A DNA stretch of 37,524 nucleotides, counting the filler, from Sandaracinaceae bacterium (GTDB taxonomy: Bacteria; Myxococcota_A; Polyangia; Polyangiales; JADJQN01), in the NCBI GenBank assembly GCA_947483975.1. It is 12 parts of 12 records of this genome, joined end to end, with 100 filler letters (N's around TTAATTAATTAA, not from the genome) between each part and the next. Parts side by side here need not be neighbours in the genome. Positions count along the whole stretch, not along the records: positions 6,340 to 9,399 come from CANKOL010000515.1; positions 9,500 to 12,549 come from CANKOL010000516.1; positions 12,650 to 15,693 come from CANKOL010000517.1; positions 15,794 to 18,825 come from CANKOL010000518.1; 8 more parts are not named here. One strand, given 5' to 3'. Position numbers and translations under genes: made by a program. Of this stretch, positions 9,317 through 18,925 are shown piece by piece; positions within the stretch are counted from its first letter, which is position 1; each line of letters opens with the position of its first letter. Under the pieces are notes generated by a model. The model made no database searches, had not been told where the DNA came from, and saw nothing but the letters and a program-made list of their open reading frames with translations.

Positions 9317-9399
9317 TCAGTAGCCGCCGCGCCCGCCGCCGCCGCCACCGCCGTAGCCGCCACCGCCCCCGCCGCCGTAGCCACCGCCACCTCCGTGCC
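9317..9399 (-). CDS. Gly-rich C-terminal tail, probably of an RRM-type RNA-binding protein (fragment)
   Basis: Reads ...HGGGGGYGGGGGGYGGGGGGGRGGY*, which is typical of bacterial RRM proteins. It is followed by a strong terminator. The RRM domain itself is not in the contig. Confidence 0.6.
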
Positions 9400-9499
9400 N
9401 NNNNNNNNNNNNNNNNNNNNNNNNNNNNNNNNNNNNNNNNNNNTTAATTAATTAANNNNNNNNNNNNNNNNNNNNNNNNNNNNNNNNNNNNNNNNNNNN

Positions 9500-10288
9500 G
9501 GCGAACGCCGCTCCGCGCGGCGCGTCCCAGCGCGTGACCGCGAGCGCGTGCGCGACGTGCAGGGCGCGCGGCTCGCCGTGCGGGTCGAGCACGCCGCGGG
9601 CGTCGTAGCGCCGGTTCCAGTCCCAGTAGCGATACGTGAGCCCGCGCTTGCCGGGCGCGACGTGCTGCGGCTCGACGATGAGGACGCCGCGCCCGATCGC
9701 GTGCGGCGTGCCCGCCTCGATCAGGAAGAAGTCGCCCACCTCGACGGGCACGAAGCCGAGCAGCGGCGCGAGGTCCGCGCCCGCCTCGAGCGCCGCCGTC
9801 AGCGCTTCGCGAGTGACGCCGTCGGCGAGCCCGAGGTAGACGCCAGCGCCCGGCTCGCGCGCGGCGATGTACCAGCTCTCCGGCTTGCCAGACTCGCCCG
9901 GCGCCAGCCCCGCGTAGTCGTCCGCCGGGTGGATCTGCACGCTCAGCTCGTCCGCGGTGTCGACGAGCTTGACGAGGAGCGCGGTGCCGCGCTGCTCGCC
10001 CTCTGCCTCGCGTCCGAGGTACGCGCGCGGGTCGTCCGCGATCACCGCCGCGAGCGTGCGCTCCGCCGCGCCGACGCCGGGCGCCGGCTCGACCAAGCTC
10101 GGGAAGTCCGGCTCGACCGACAGCTCCCAGCTCTCGCCGACGCAGGCGTACGCGGCCTTGTCGGCGGCGAGCGGCGCGCTCGCCTTGAGGTCCCGGAGCA
10201 CGCGCGTGCCGCCCCACGGGGTGCGCTGCGGCGGGGTGAAGTTGTCAGCGCGCAGCAGGAGAGGGCGCGCCCGATCGTCGTCGGTCAT
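9500..10288 (-). CDS. manA: Class I mannose-6-phosphate isomerase (cupin), C-terminus truncated
   Basis: Motifs PWGG, GESWELS, LLVKLVD...LSVQIHPAD, GKPESWY and FLIEAGTPHAIG..EPQ (Zn ligands Q/H/E/H). Confidence 0.82.
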
Positions 10289-10395
10289 CGAGGGGCCCTC
10301 CGCGGGCCATGTCAGTAAGTTGGTGGCTGATGTAGGTGCGTGTAGCTTAGGCAGGTCGGGGCGAGCCCGCTCTGCTGCTCCAGAGGAGAACGTCG

Positions 10396-10704
10396 ATGAT
10401 GCTCGAACGCCGAATTCACAAGGTCTTCGTCACTCGCAACACCGAGTACCACGTGAAGCGCGACGTGTGCGTCGCCGTCCGCGACCGCCGCAGCGGCGAG
10501 TGGCTTCGCGCCCACCTCGCCCGCGGCCACTCCGTCGACGGCGCCCTGCGCTTTCAGCCGACGGGGGGCGTGACGCCCAACGATGGCGCGCCGCGCATCG
10601 GCGACTCGCTCTTCTTCCACGCGGCTGGGCGCGACCTCGTGACGAGCGCCGTGCTCTCCGTCGAGCGTCCGCCCCGCGACGTGATCAAGCAGTACGACGC
10701 CTGA
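10396..10704 (+). CDS. Conserved-looking small hypothetical protein (102 aa)
   Basis: AGGAGA RBS upstream and strong GC3 bias. Sequence ERRIHKVFVTRNTEYHVKRDVCVAVRDRRSGEW... has a beta-rich pattern. Confidence 0.75.
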   Translation: MMLERRIHKVFVTRNTEYHVKRDVCVAVRDRRSGEWLRAHLARGHSVDGALRFQPTGGVTPNDGAPRIGDSLFFHAAGRDLVTSAVLSVERPPRDVIKQYDA

Positions 10705-10708
10705 GCCT

Positions 10709-10772
10709 GCGGGTGCCGGGCGCGCGGCGGGAGGGGCGCTTCGTCGGCCCCTCCGCTGCGCGCGGCGCCCGC
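10709..10772. terminator. Long GC-rich hairpin between convergent genes (possible bidirectional terminator)
   Basis: GCGGGTGCCG..GCGCGCGGCGG GAGGGGC-loop-GCCCCTC CGCTGCGCG CGGCGCCCGC is an imperfect inverted repeat filling the 10705-10773 gap. It has no U-tract. Confidence 0.5.
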
Positions 10773-10773
10773 C

Positions 10774-12141
10774 TCAGGGGAGGCCGACGACGCGCGTCGG
10801 CGTGAGCACGCGCTCGGTGTCCCGCACGCCCGCCTGATAGGCGGTGTCGTCGCCCCAGCAGCTCACGCCGTCGGCGAAGAGCACGCAGGAGTGGCTGCTG
10901 CCCATCCCGAGCGCGATGGCGCCCGTGACGCCGGGCACGTCGACGGCGTTCTTCGAGCAGTCGTGCGAGGCCGCGCCGGAGGTGCAGAGCTCGTGGGCCG
11001 CGTTGTCGCCGAGCTGCGCGTCGAAGTTGAGGCCCCAGCACTTGACCGTGCCGCCCGCCACGAGCGCGCAGGTGTGCTCGCCGCCCGCGTCGACGGCCGT
11101 CGCGCCCGTCACGCCCGCGACCTGAACGGGCACGTTCGAGTCCGTGAGCGTGCCGTTGCCGAGCTGCCCGAAGGCGTTGCCACCCCAGCACCAGACGGTG
11201 CCGTCGGCGCGGAGCGCGCACGAGGACTGCCCGCCGACCGTCAGCGCCGTCGCGTCGTCGATCGTGCTGACGGTGACGGGCGCGGTCGCGCAGTCGACGA
11301 CGGTGCTGCCGCGGCGGCAGGACGCGCTGTGCGTCGGCGAGCCGTCGCCGAGCTGTCCGCTCTCGTTCGTGCCCCAGCACTGGATGCTGCCGCTGGTGAG
11401 GCGCGCGCAGGTGTGCGAGCCGCTGCCGTGGACCTCGACGACGCCGGTCAGCCCGGTGACCTCGACGGGGTTGTGGCGCTCGGTCGTGGTGCCGTCCCCG
11501 AGCTGGCCGAGCTGATTGCCGCCGAAGCAGGTCACGGTGCCCGTCGCGGTCACGCCACACGCGGCGCCCCAGGACGGGCCGAGGCTCGCGACGCCGTCGA
11601 GGCGCGGGAACGCGGTCGCGAGGTTGAGCTGCGCGGGCTGCCCGCTGCCGGTCGCGATGAACTCGCTGCCCCAGCACTTCCAGGCGCCCGCGGCGTTGCG
11701 CCCGCAGGTCGTCGGGCCGAGGTGCGCCTGGATATCCGTCGCGTCCGTGATGCCGGCGACGACCACCGGGCGCGCCTGGCAGTCGGTCGGCAGCGCGTCG
11801 AAGATCGGCGGGCAGCTGAGGTGCCGCCCGTTGTTGTCTCCGAGCTCGCGGTAGTAGTTGTCGCCCCAGCAGAGGACCTCGCCGTTCTCGCGGCGAACGC
11901 AGGTGTGCGTCACGCCCGCGGTGATCTGCACGAGGTTGCAGCCGACCGTGCAGGCGACCGGGCCGGCGTCGGTGCCGAGGTCGCGCGCGCCGAGGTCGGT
12001 GCCGAGGTCTGGGAGTCCGGCGTCCGTCGCGCCGAGGTCGGCCGACGGGGTGACGTCGTCGTCCCCGCAGGCGCCGAGGGCGAAGGTGAGCGAAGCGGCG
12101 AGGCAGAGGGTGAGCGAGCGTAAGGAAACCGAGCGGCGCAT
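10774..12141 (-). CDS. RCC1/BLIP-II-repeat beta-propeller lipoprotein
   Basis: Start reassigned to MRRSVSL (12141, GAGG upstream). Lipobox ALGA-C-GDDD. Multiple HTC...GxVxCWGxNxxGQLGDG repeats. Confidence 0.9.
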   Translation of the reverse strand: MRRSVSLRSLTLCLAASLTFALGACGDDDVTPSADLGATDAGLPDLGTDLGARDLGTDAGPVACTVGCNLVQITAGVTHTCVRRENGEVLCWGDNYYRELGDNNGRHLSCPPIFDALPTDCQARPVVVAGITDATDIQAHLGPTTCGRNAAGAWKCWGSEFIATGSGQPAQLNLATAFPRLDGVASLGPSWGAACGVTATGTVTCFGGNQLGQLGDGTTTERHNPVEVTGLTGVVEVHGSGSHTCARLTSGSIQCWGTNESGQLGDGSPTHSASCRRGSTVVDCATAPVTVSTIDDATALTVGGQSSCALRADGTVWCWGGNAFGQLGNGTLTDSNVPVQVAGVTGATAVDAGGEHTCALVAGGTVKCWGLNFDAQLGDNAAHELCTSGAASHDCSKNAVDVPGVTGAIALGMGSSHSCVLFADGVSCWGDDTAYQAGVRDTERVLTPTRVVGLP

Positions 12142-12217
12142 GGGGACCTCGTTGTCTTGCGAACGTCGGAAGTTAGCGGACCTGCCGAAGGCGCACAACA
12201 GGCTGTATGGTGGCGCC

Positions 12218-12549
12218 GTGGGGTCAGAGAACGTCGTCGGGGTGGTGCGGCGGACGCTGGTCGAGCGCCGCCTGCTCGGTGAACCGGCCGCGCGCGCGCA
12301 GACGGTCCTCGTCGCGTGCTCCGGCGGCGCGGACTCAGGCGGATTGCTCCTCGCGCTCGCCCGCCTCGCCCAGGAGTTCTCGCTGACGCTCCTCGCGGCG
12401 TCGGTCGACCACGGGCTGCGCGCCTCGGCGGCGCAGGACGTCGCCGTCGCGGCGGCTCAAGCCGCGCGACTCGGCGTGCCCTTTCACGCGCTCGAGGTGC
12501 GGGTCGCGCGCACGGGCTCGTTGCAGGCGGCGGCGCGCGTCGCCCGCTA
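12218..12549 (+). CDS. tilS: tRNA(Ile)-lysidine synthase, 5' fragment
   Basis: PP-loop VLVACSGGADS, then VDHGLR and SLQAAARVARY. Truncated by the linker. The GTG start is inferred. Confidence 0.88.
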
Positions 12550-12649
12550 NNNNNNNNNNNNNNNNNNNNNNNNNNNNNNNNNNNNNNNNNNNNTTAATTA
12601 ATTAANNNNNNNNNNNNNNNNNNNNNNNNNNNNNNNNNNNNNNNNNNNN

Positions 12650-13590
12650 AGGCGGGCGACCTCGCGCCGACTCGCGACGTCGACGACGACGACCTCCGCG
12701 CGCGCGGACTCGAGCGCGACGGCGAGCAGCGCGCCGTCGGGGCTCACCGCGACGCGACGCTGCCCGGCGCCGAGGTCCACGTGCACCGCGCGGTCGGTGC
12801 CGACGGTCGCGAGCGTGAGTCGCGGGGAGTAGCGGTGCGCGATGGCGACGGTCGCGGCGTCGGTCCAAGCGCAGTCAGCCGGGCCGTCGTCGGACGCGAC
12901 GTGGAGCGCGCTGCCCTGCGCGTCGACGACGAGCGTGTCGTCCGTCTCCTCGCTCGTCGTGCAGGCGCGCGCGCCGTCGGGCGAGACGCGCAGCGTGCGC
13001 GGATGCGCCGCGGCGAGCACGACGTGCAGGGCGCGCTCTGACACGCTGCCATCGATCTCGAGGCGCGCCTCCACAGTGCCGCTCGCGCGAGGCGAGCGGT
13101 GCACGCGAGGGTCGTAGTCGACGCGAAAGAGCCCAGCCCCGAGGGCGTCGGCGTCGATGGCGCGCAGCCCCGGCGCGAGCGTCACGCGCACTCGCCGCGC
13201 GCCGTCTGCGCGCACGAAGAAGCTCTGCGGGCGGTCGCTGACGAGGAGCGCCGGGTGAATCGCCACCGAGCGCTCGAGCCGCAGCCGGTCGCCGAGGTTC
13301 GCGTCGAGGCCGACGAGGCTCTCGTGCTCTGCGAGCGCTCGGAGCCGCCCCGCGAGCACGCTGACGGGCGTCGCGACGACGAGGACGACTCCCACCCAGA
13401 GCGCGCGACTCGAGACCTTCGGCAACGGCACGCGTCGGGCCGCGAGCACGTTCAACACGAGCCATGCGCCCGCATACGCGAGCAGGCACGCGGCGATCGA
13501 CTCCGCGCCAGAGTGCGCCGCGAGCGCGAGCGCGAGCGCGAGCACGGCGACCTGCGGCGGCACCGCGCGAGGCTCCGCGGGCTGGGTCAC
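12650..13590 (-). CDS. Membrane-anchored YncE/YVTN-like beta-propeller protein, C-terminus truncated
   Basis: Three N-terminal hydrophobic segments, then blades such as HPRTLRVSPDGARAC and QRRVAVSPDGALLAV. GTGA overlap with the upstream channel gene. Confidence 0.6.
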
Positions 13591-15542
13591 GACGCCGCGG
13601 GGCGCGCGAGCACGACCACTCGAGCGTCGGAGTCCGCGCCGAGGCGAGTGTCGCGCGGCGGATTCAGCCAGGCATCGACCTCGCTGCTGAGCCCGCCCTC
13701 CTCGAGCTGAGCCTGCGCGAGCTCCTCCTCGCGCCCGCGCGTCCGCGGGTCCGGGTAGAGGCCGATCGCGACCTCGCCGCGGGCCCGCGCGTGCGCCATC
13801 ACCTCCGCGAACGTCGCGCCCGGACCACCGTAGTCCGCCGCGGGATGGACGCGAACGGAGGTCCCGCCCGAGTGCAGCAGCTCGCGGTAGAGCGGCGCCA
13901 TCTTCCGGTCGAGCGCCTCCTGCGCGAGGAGCATCGCGACGAGGTCGCTCGACACGACGCAGTCGCCGCGCCGCGGGACGATGTGCGCGGCGGAGCGCGG
14001 ATCGCGAAGCTCGGTCACGACTCGACAGCTGTGCTCCCCGGTGAGCAGCATCCCGTGCCGGAGCCGGAGCAGCGTCGCGAGGGCGCTGGCGTCGCCGTTC
14101 TCGTCATTCTCAGCTTCGTTGCCGAGGATGACGACCGCGTCAGCCCCGCGGACGGGCGGGTGTCCGTCGCGGCAGAGCGGCGCGGCGCGAGCGTGCTCGG
14201 CGCGGATCTGGATGCGGCTCGCCTTGGCGCTCGCGAGCGACACGACGGCGTCGCCGTTCGAATGGGCATCGGTCATCACGGTGACCATCGACTCTGCGGG
14301 CAGAAGCGCGGCGAATTCCGCGAGAAGCCGCGGCAGCGTGTGGTTCACGCCGATCACCGCGATGCGCTCTGGACGCGGCGCTTGCGCGTCGCGCGGCGCG
14401 ACGCTCTCGCTCGACACGACGGGCAGCGCGACTCCGAGTCGGACGCTCCCCTGGGCGTGCGCGAGGACGAGGAGCGAATCGTCGGCCGCGAGCACGAACT
14501 CGGTCGGCGCCGGCGGACAGAGCACCACGGACTCGTCCGCCCGACGCACGCCGATCACGATCCCGCCGACGATGCGCGAGTGCGCCTCCTCGAACGACTG
14601 CTTCACGAGCGCGGAGGGCACGGCCTCGGCGTACGGCTCGCAGCCGTCGAAGGCGAGCAGATGGCGCAGCACGAAGTACGACGCGTCGTCGCGCGTGCTC
14701 TGCGCGAGCACGCAGGCGAGCACCTCGTCGGAGGCGATGACCTCGATGGGGAGCGCGGTCGGGCCGGCGACGCCAGGCTCACCGGCGAGGTCGAGCAGCT
14801 CGGCATCTTCGTAGCGACGCGCCTCGACGACGATGTGCCCGTGGAAGCCCTCACGCGCGATGCGGCGCATCGCGAGCAGCGTCGCCAGCGCCCAGCGCAG
14901 CGAGCCGTCGTCGTCGAGGGACAGCGGCGGCATCACGAGCACCGCCTTCGCGCGGTGCGCCGAGACGCGCATCAGCGCGAGCTCGCTGCGCGGGTCGCCC
15001 GTGCGCACGAACGCGCGGAGGCGGCTGCCCGGCACGCCCCGCGCGACGCGGAGCCCCGCTTCGATCTTGTCCTTGTCCTCGACGGCGAGGATGACGAGCG
15101 TGCACCGCTGCCCGCTCCGCGCGAGCTCGCGCGCGAGCAGCGGCACCTTCGCGTCGTAGCCGAGCACGAGCACATGCCCGTGCTCGACGACGGGGTTCGC
15201 GCCGGAGCGCAGGTCGCCGATGCGCTCGCCCATCTTGCTCGCGAGCGCGGCGGTCAGGAGCGAGACCGTCACGGTGCCGGCGATGGTGACGAAGACCGCG
15301 AGCGGGCGCCCCGTCGCGTCGCCCGCCATCGTGCCGCCGTCCATGAAGTGCGTCGTCACCCACCAGATCGACGCGACGAAGTCCGCCCCACCGCGGGCGG
15401 CGGCGAACGCGACGAGGAGGAACGCCGTCGCCGCGAAGAGCACGGCCAACTGCACGAGCGGCGAGCGCCCGAGCCAGATGTCGATGCGGTAGATGAGGCT
15501 CGCGCGGAGCGAGCGCAGGGACGGGCCGAGGCGGCGCTTCAT
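13587..15542 (-). CDS. CASTOR/POLLUX (DMI1)-like ion channel: TM-pore-TM followed by two RCK-like domains
   Basis: TM1, pore helix SIWWVTTHFMDGGTMAGD, TM2, then LRSGANPVVEHGHVLVLG (family hallmark). A second RCK domain contains VVTELRDPRS...VVSSDLVAMLLAQ. Confidence 0.82.
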   Translation of the reverse strand: MKRRLGPSLRSLRASLIYRIDIWLGRSPLVQLAVLFAATAFLLVAFAAARGGADFVASIWWVTTHFMDGGTMAGDATGRPLAVFVTIAGTVTVSLLTAALASKMGERIGDLRSGANPVVEHGHVLVLGYDAKVPLLARELARSGQRCTLVILAVEDKDKIEAGLRVARGVPGSRLRAFVRTGDPRSELALMRVSAHRAKAVLVMPPLSLDDDGSLRWALATLLAMRRIAREGFHGHIVVEARRYEDAELLDLAGEPGVAGPTALPIEVIASDEVLACVLAQSTRDDASYFVLRHLLAFDGCEPYAEAVPSALVKQSFEEAHSRIVGGIVIGVRRADESVVLCPPAPTEFVLAADDSLLVLAHAQGSVRLGVALPVVSSESVAPRDAQAPRPERIAVIGVNHTLPRLLAEFAALLPAESMVTVMTDAHSNGDAVVSLASAKASRIQIRAEHARAAPLCRDGHPPVRGADAVVILGNEAENDENGDASALATLLRLRHGMLLTGEHSCRVVTELRDPRSAAHIVPRRGDCVVSSDLVAMLLAQEALDRKMAPLYRELLHSGGTSVRVHPAADYGGPGATFAEVMAHARARGEVAIGLYPDPRTRGREEELAQAQLEEGGLSSEVDAWLNPPRDTRLGADSDARVVVLARPAAS

Positions 15543-15548
15543 GGAGCG

Positions 15549-15693
15549 TCAGGGTCCATCATCGAGGCCCTCGGAGTCGACTCCTCCGGTGCCGATTCCT
15601 TCGAGCGGGTCGCGGCTCACGCGGTTGGAGCCGTCGAGCGAGCCGACGTCCGCCTGCGTGAGGTCGACGCGCGGCGCGAACACGCTGCTGTGA
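15549..15693 (-). CDS. C-terminal fragment of an upstream gene
   Basis: Open frame ...HSSVFAPRVDLTQADVGSLDGSNRVSRDPLEGIGTGGVDSEGLDDGP* ending 6 nt before the channel ATG. Confidence 0.4.
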
Positions 15694-15793
15694 NNNNNNN
15701 NNNNNNNNNNNNNNNNNNNNNNNNNNNNNNNNNNNNNTTAATTAATTAANNNNNNNNNNNNNNNNNNNNNNNNNNNNNNNNNNNNNNNNNNNN

Positions 15794-17048
15794 AGGCCCC
15801 GGCATCCCGGCGCGCGCCCGCGAGCTGCACGCGGCGCTCACGCCGAAGATCGAAGCGTGGGCCCGGGAGCGCGTCGCCTCGCGGCAAGCCGCGCAGGCCG
15901 CGCTGCACGATGTGCCGACGACGGAGTGGCCGATCTTCACGGCGGTCTTCTATCTGATGGCCACGGAAGCGCTGGTCGTCGACTGGGAGCAGCACGGCCG
16001 GCGCGGCGACTCCCCCGCCGAGGACTCTGCGGGCGCCGTCCGCGCGGCGAAGGCGCTGGTCCTCGACCCCGCGCATCACGCCTGGGTGCGGACGCACTGG
16101 GGCGACGACTACCTGCACGACCGCGACGTGTTCTTTCGCGCGCTCCTGATCGCGGGGCTCAGCAGCTACGAGCGCATCACGCACGACGGCACCGCGGTGC
16201 CGATGCTGCGCGATCAGGTCGAGACGCTCAGCGCGGACCTCGACGCCTCGCCGCTCGGCGTGCTCGAGGACTACCCGGGCGAGTGTTATCCGATCGATGT
16301 GCTCGTCGCGGTCGGGCTGATTCAGCGCGCCGACGCCGTGCTCGGCACCGATCACTCGGCGTTCTTCGCGCGCTCGCGCCGCGCGTTCGTCGGGCCGATG
16401 GCGGACGAGCTCGGGCTGGTGCCGTATCGCATGGACCTGCCGAGCGGCGCGCAAGTGCAGCCGTCCCGCGGGATCGGCAACTCGTGGACGCTGCTCTTCG
16501 TGCCCGACCTCTACGGACAGGCGACCGCGAGAGACTTGTACGGGCGGTACGAGCGCGGCTTTTATCAGCAGAACGGCTGGGCGGAGGGCTTCCGGGAGTA
16601 CGCGCGCGGCAGCGTCGAGCCGGAGTTCACGTTCGAGATCGACGCGGGGCCGGTCGTCGCTGGGCTCGGCACGGCGGCGAGCGCCTTCGGCATCGCGGCG
16701 GCGCGGCGCAACGGTCGCTTCGATCACGCGTACGCGCTCTCTGCGGAGCTCGCGGCGGCGGCTTGGACGCTCCCGGGCGGCACGCTCGTGTTTCCGCGGC
16801 TCGCCTCGCACGCGGCCGACGCGCCGTACCTCGGGGAGGCGGCGATCCTCTACTTCCTCACCGTGCAGCCCGCGCCCGGCAGCCCGCGCAGCTCGAGCGG
16901 CGAGGTGCCCGGGCTCGCGCGTATCGGGCTGCTCTTGTTCTTCGGAGTGCCGCTCTTCGCCTGGGGCGCGTGGCTGCTCGCGCTGCGGCGCGGGCGGCGC
17001 GCGGCGGGGCGCGTCGAGGGGACTGGTCCTCGGCGCCCCGGCTCGTGA
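15794..17048 (+). CDS. Hypothetical (alpha/alpha)-toroid-type protein resembling linalool dehydratase/isomerase-domain proteins, with C-terminal TM anchor (N-terminus truncated)
   Basis: Frame open from the contig start. Motifs LEDYPGECYPID, SRGIGNSW, GFREY and DAGPVVAGLGTAASAFG. C-terminal hydrophobic helix IGLLLFFGVPLFAWGAWLLAL. Confidence 0.55.
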
Positions 17049-17063
17049 TACCCTCGCGACGCA

Positions 17064-17930
17064 ATGCTTCGCTGGCTCTCCTCGCTCGCGCTCGTTCTCG
17101 CCGTCTCCCTCGTCGCCGCGCCCGTGCTCGCGCAGGCGCGCGGCAATCCACTGATCCGTCAGGGTCAGCAACAATACGACGACCTCGAGTTCGAGCAGGC
17201 GCTTCAGACGCTCTCGGCGGCGCTGATCCGTTCGGGCAATTCCCCGGCGGAGAACACGACGATCTACAAGCTGCTCGCCTTCACGTATCTGGCGCTCGGA
17301 CGCGAGGAAGAAGCGGCGGGCGCGTATCGCAGCTTGCTCTCGATCGAGCCCGACTTCGCGCCGGACGCGGACGTCGCGCCGCAGACGCGCACCTTCCTCG
17401 ATCGCGTGAAGCAGACCTGGGAGACCGATGGGCGGCCAGGCTTCCAGACGCGCCCGCCCGCGGCGGTGACGGTCCGGCATCGCTCGCCGGCGCAGGCCGT
17501 GCGCGGCACCGCGGTTCCGCTCGAGGCGACCGTCGACGACCCCGACAGCCGCGTGCGCAGCCTCGTGTTCGCGTACCATCAGGGCGCGTCCGAGGCCGAG
17601 GATCGCGAGGTCTTCCGGCGCATCGAGGCCACGCGCGACGGCAGCACCTTCCGCGCGACGCTGCCCTCGGAGGCCGTCGCGCCGCCGCTCGTCGAGTACT
17701 ACTTGGAGGCGCTCGACGCGCACGGCCTGCCGGTCGCGGGTCGCGGTGACGTCGCCGCGCCGCTGCGCATCGCGGTGCCCGCGCCCGGCGGCAGCATCCT
17801 CGCGAGCCCGTGGTTCTGGATCATCACCGGCGCGCTCGTCGCGGGCGCCGTGGTGACGACGGTGCTCCTCGTCGGCGGCGGGGGCGGCACCGCGCCGCAG
17901 CCCGGCACCTTCGTCATCGACATCAACTGA
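17064..17930 (+). CDS. Secreted TPR + Ig-like domain protein with C-terminal transmembrane helix
   Basis: Signal peptide ending VLAQA. TPR-like helices (LAFTYLALGREEEAAGAYRSLLSIEP), a beta-rich VEYYLEA region and a PWFWIITGALVAGAVV anchor. Confidence 0.8.
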   Translation: MLRWLSSLALVLAVSLVAAPVLAQARGNPLIRQGQQQYDDLEFEQALQTLSAALIRSGNSPAENTTIYKLLAFTYLALGREEEAAGAYRSLLSIEPDFAPDADVAPQTRTFLDRVKQTWETDGRPGFQTRPPAAVTVRHRSPAQAVRGTAVPLEATVDDPDSRVRSLVFAYHQGASEAEDREVFRRIEATRDGSTFRATLPSEAVAPPLVEYYLEALDAHGLPVAGRGDVAAPLRIAVPAPGGSILASPWFWIITGALVAGAVVTTVLLVGGGGGTAPQPGTFVIDIN

Positions 17931-17935
17931 GCCGC

Positions 17936-18825
17936 ATGACCGACACCCCGCCGATGGTTGAAGAAGCTCGCTATCCCTACGTTCACGTCGAGGCCCCGCT
18001 GGCCGAGTCGGAGGAGCTCTCCACGCTGCTCTTCGAGCTCGGCGCGTCGGGTGTCGAGGAGCGCGACGCGACGACGCTCGACAAGCCGCTGACGCCGGGC
18101 GCGGAGGTCATGCTCGTCGCGAGCTTCGAGACCGAAGCGGACGCGAACGAGGCGCTCGAGGTGCTCGCCGAGCTCGAGCCGCCGCGCCCTGGACGCCTGG
18201 AGTTCGTCGTGGGCGACGCCTGGCGCGACGCCTGGCGCGCGCACTTCAAGCCGACGCGCATCGGCGCGAGGCTCGTCGTGCGCCCGTCGTGGGAGCCCTT
18301 CGAGGCGGCCCCGAGCGACGTCGTGCTGACCATCGATCCAGGCCGCGCGTTCGGCACTGGCACGCATGAGACGACCCGGCTCGTGCTGACCGAGATCGAC
18401 GCGCGCGTGCACGGCGGCGAGACGGTCCTCGACGTCGGCGCGGGCACGGGCATCCTCGCGGTCGCTGCCCTGCTCTTCGGCGCGGCGAGCGCGCGCTGCA
18501 TCGACAACGACGCGGACACCGTGGGCGTCGTCGTCGAGACGGCCGAGCGCAACGAGGTCGCCGCGCGCCTCGAGGCGAACACGACTCCGGTGGAAGAGCT
18601 GAGCGGCACGTACGATCTCGTGCTCGCGAACATCGAGGCGCGCGTGCTGATCCCGCTCGCAGGCGCCCTCGCGGCGCGGGTCGCTCCGGGCGGCACGCTC
18701 GTGCTCTCGGGCATCCTCGTCGGGCAAGAGGACGAGGTGCTCGCCGCCTATCCGACGCTGCGCTGTGAGGCGCGCCCCGTGATGGGCGAGTGGGCGGCGC
18801 TCGTGCTCCGCGCCGCGCCGGCTGC
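17936..18825 (+). CDS. prmA: Ribosomal protein L11 methyltransferase (stop codon just beyond the contig edge)
   Basis: Motifs WRAHFKP, IDPGRAFGTGTHETT, VLDVGAGTGILA, YDLVLANI and LVLSGIL. Confidence 0.93.
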
Positions 18826-18925
18826 NNNNNNNNNNNNNNNNNNNNNNNNNNNNNNNNNNNNNNNNNNNNTTAATTAATTAANNNNNNNNNNNNNNNNNNN
18901 NNNNNNNNNNNNNNNNNNNNNNNNN

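Noticed and set aside
1180..9451. Very long plus-strand ORFs (1180-3120, 3443-5908, 6416-9451) and similar Arg/Ala-rich ORFs elsewhere
   Set aside because: These are antisense or off-frame shadows of real genes, expected in high-GC DNA where stop codons are rare. They carry no recognisable motifs.
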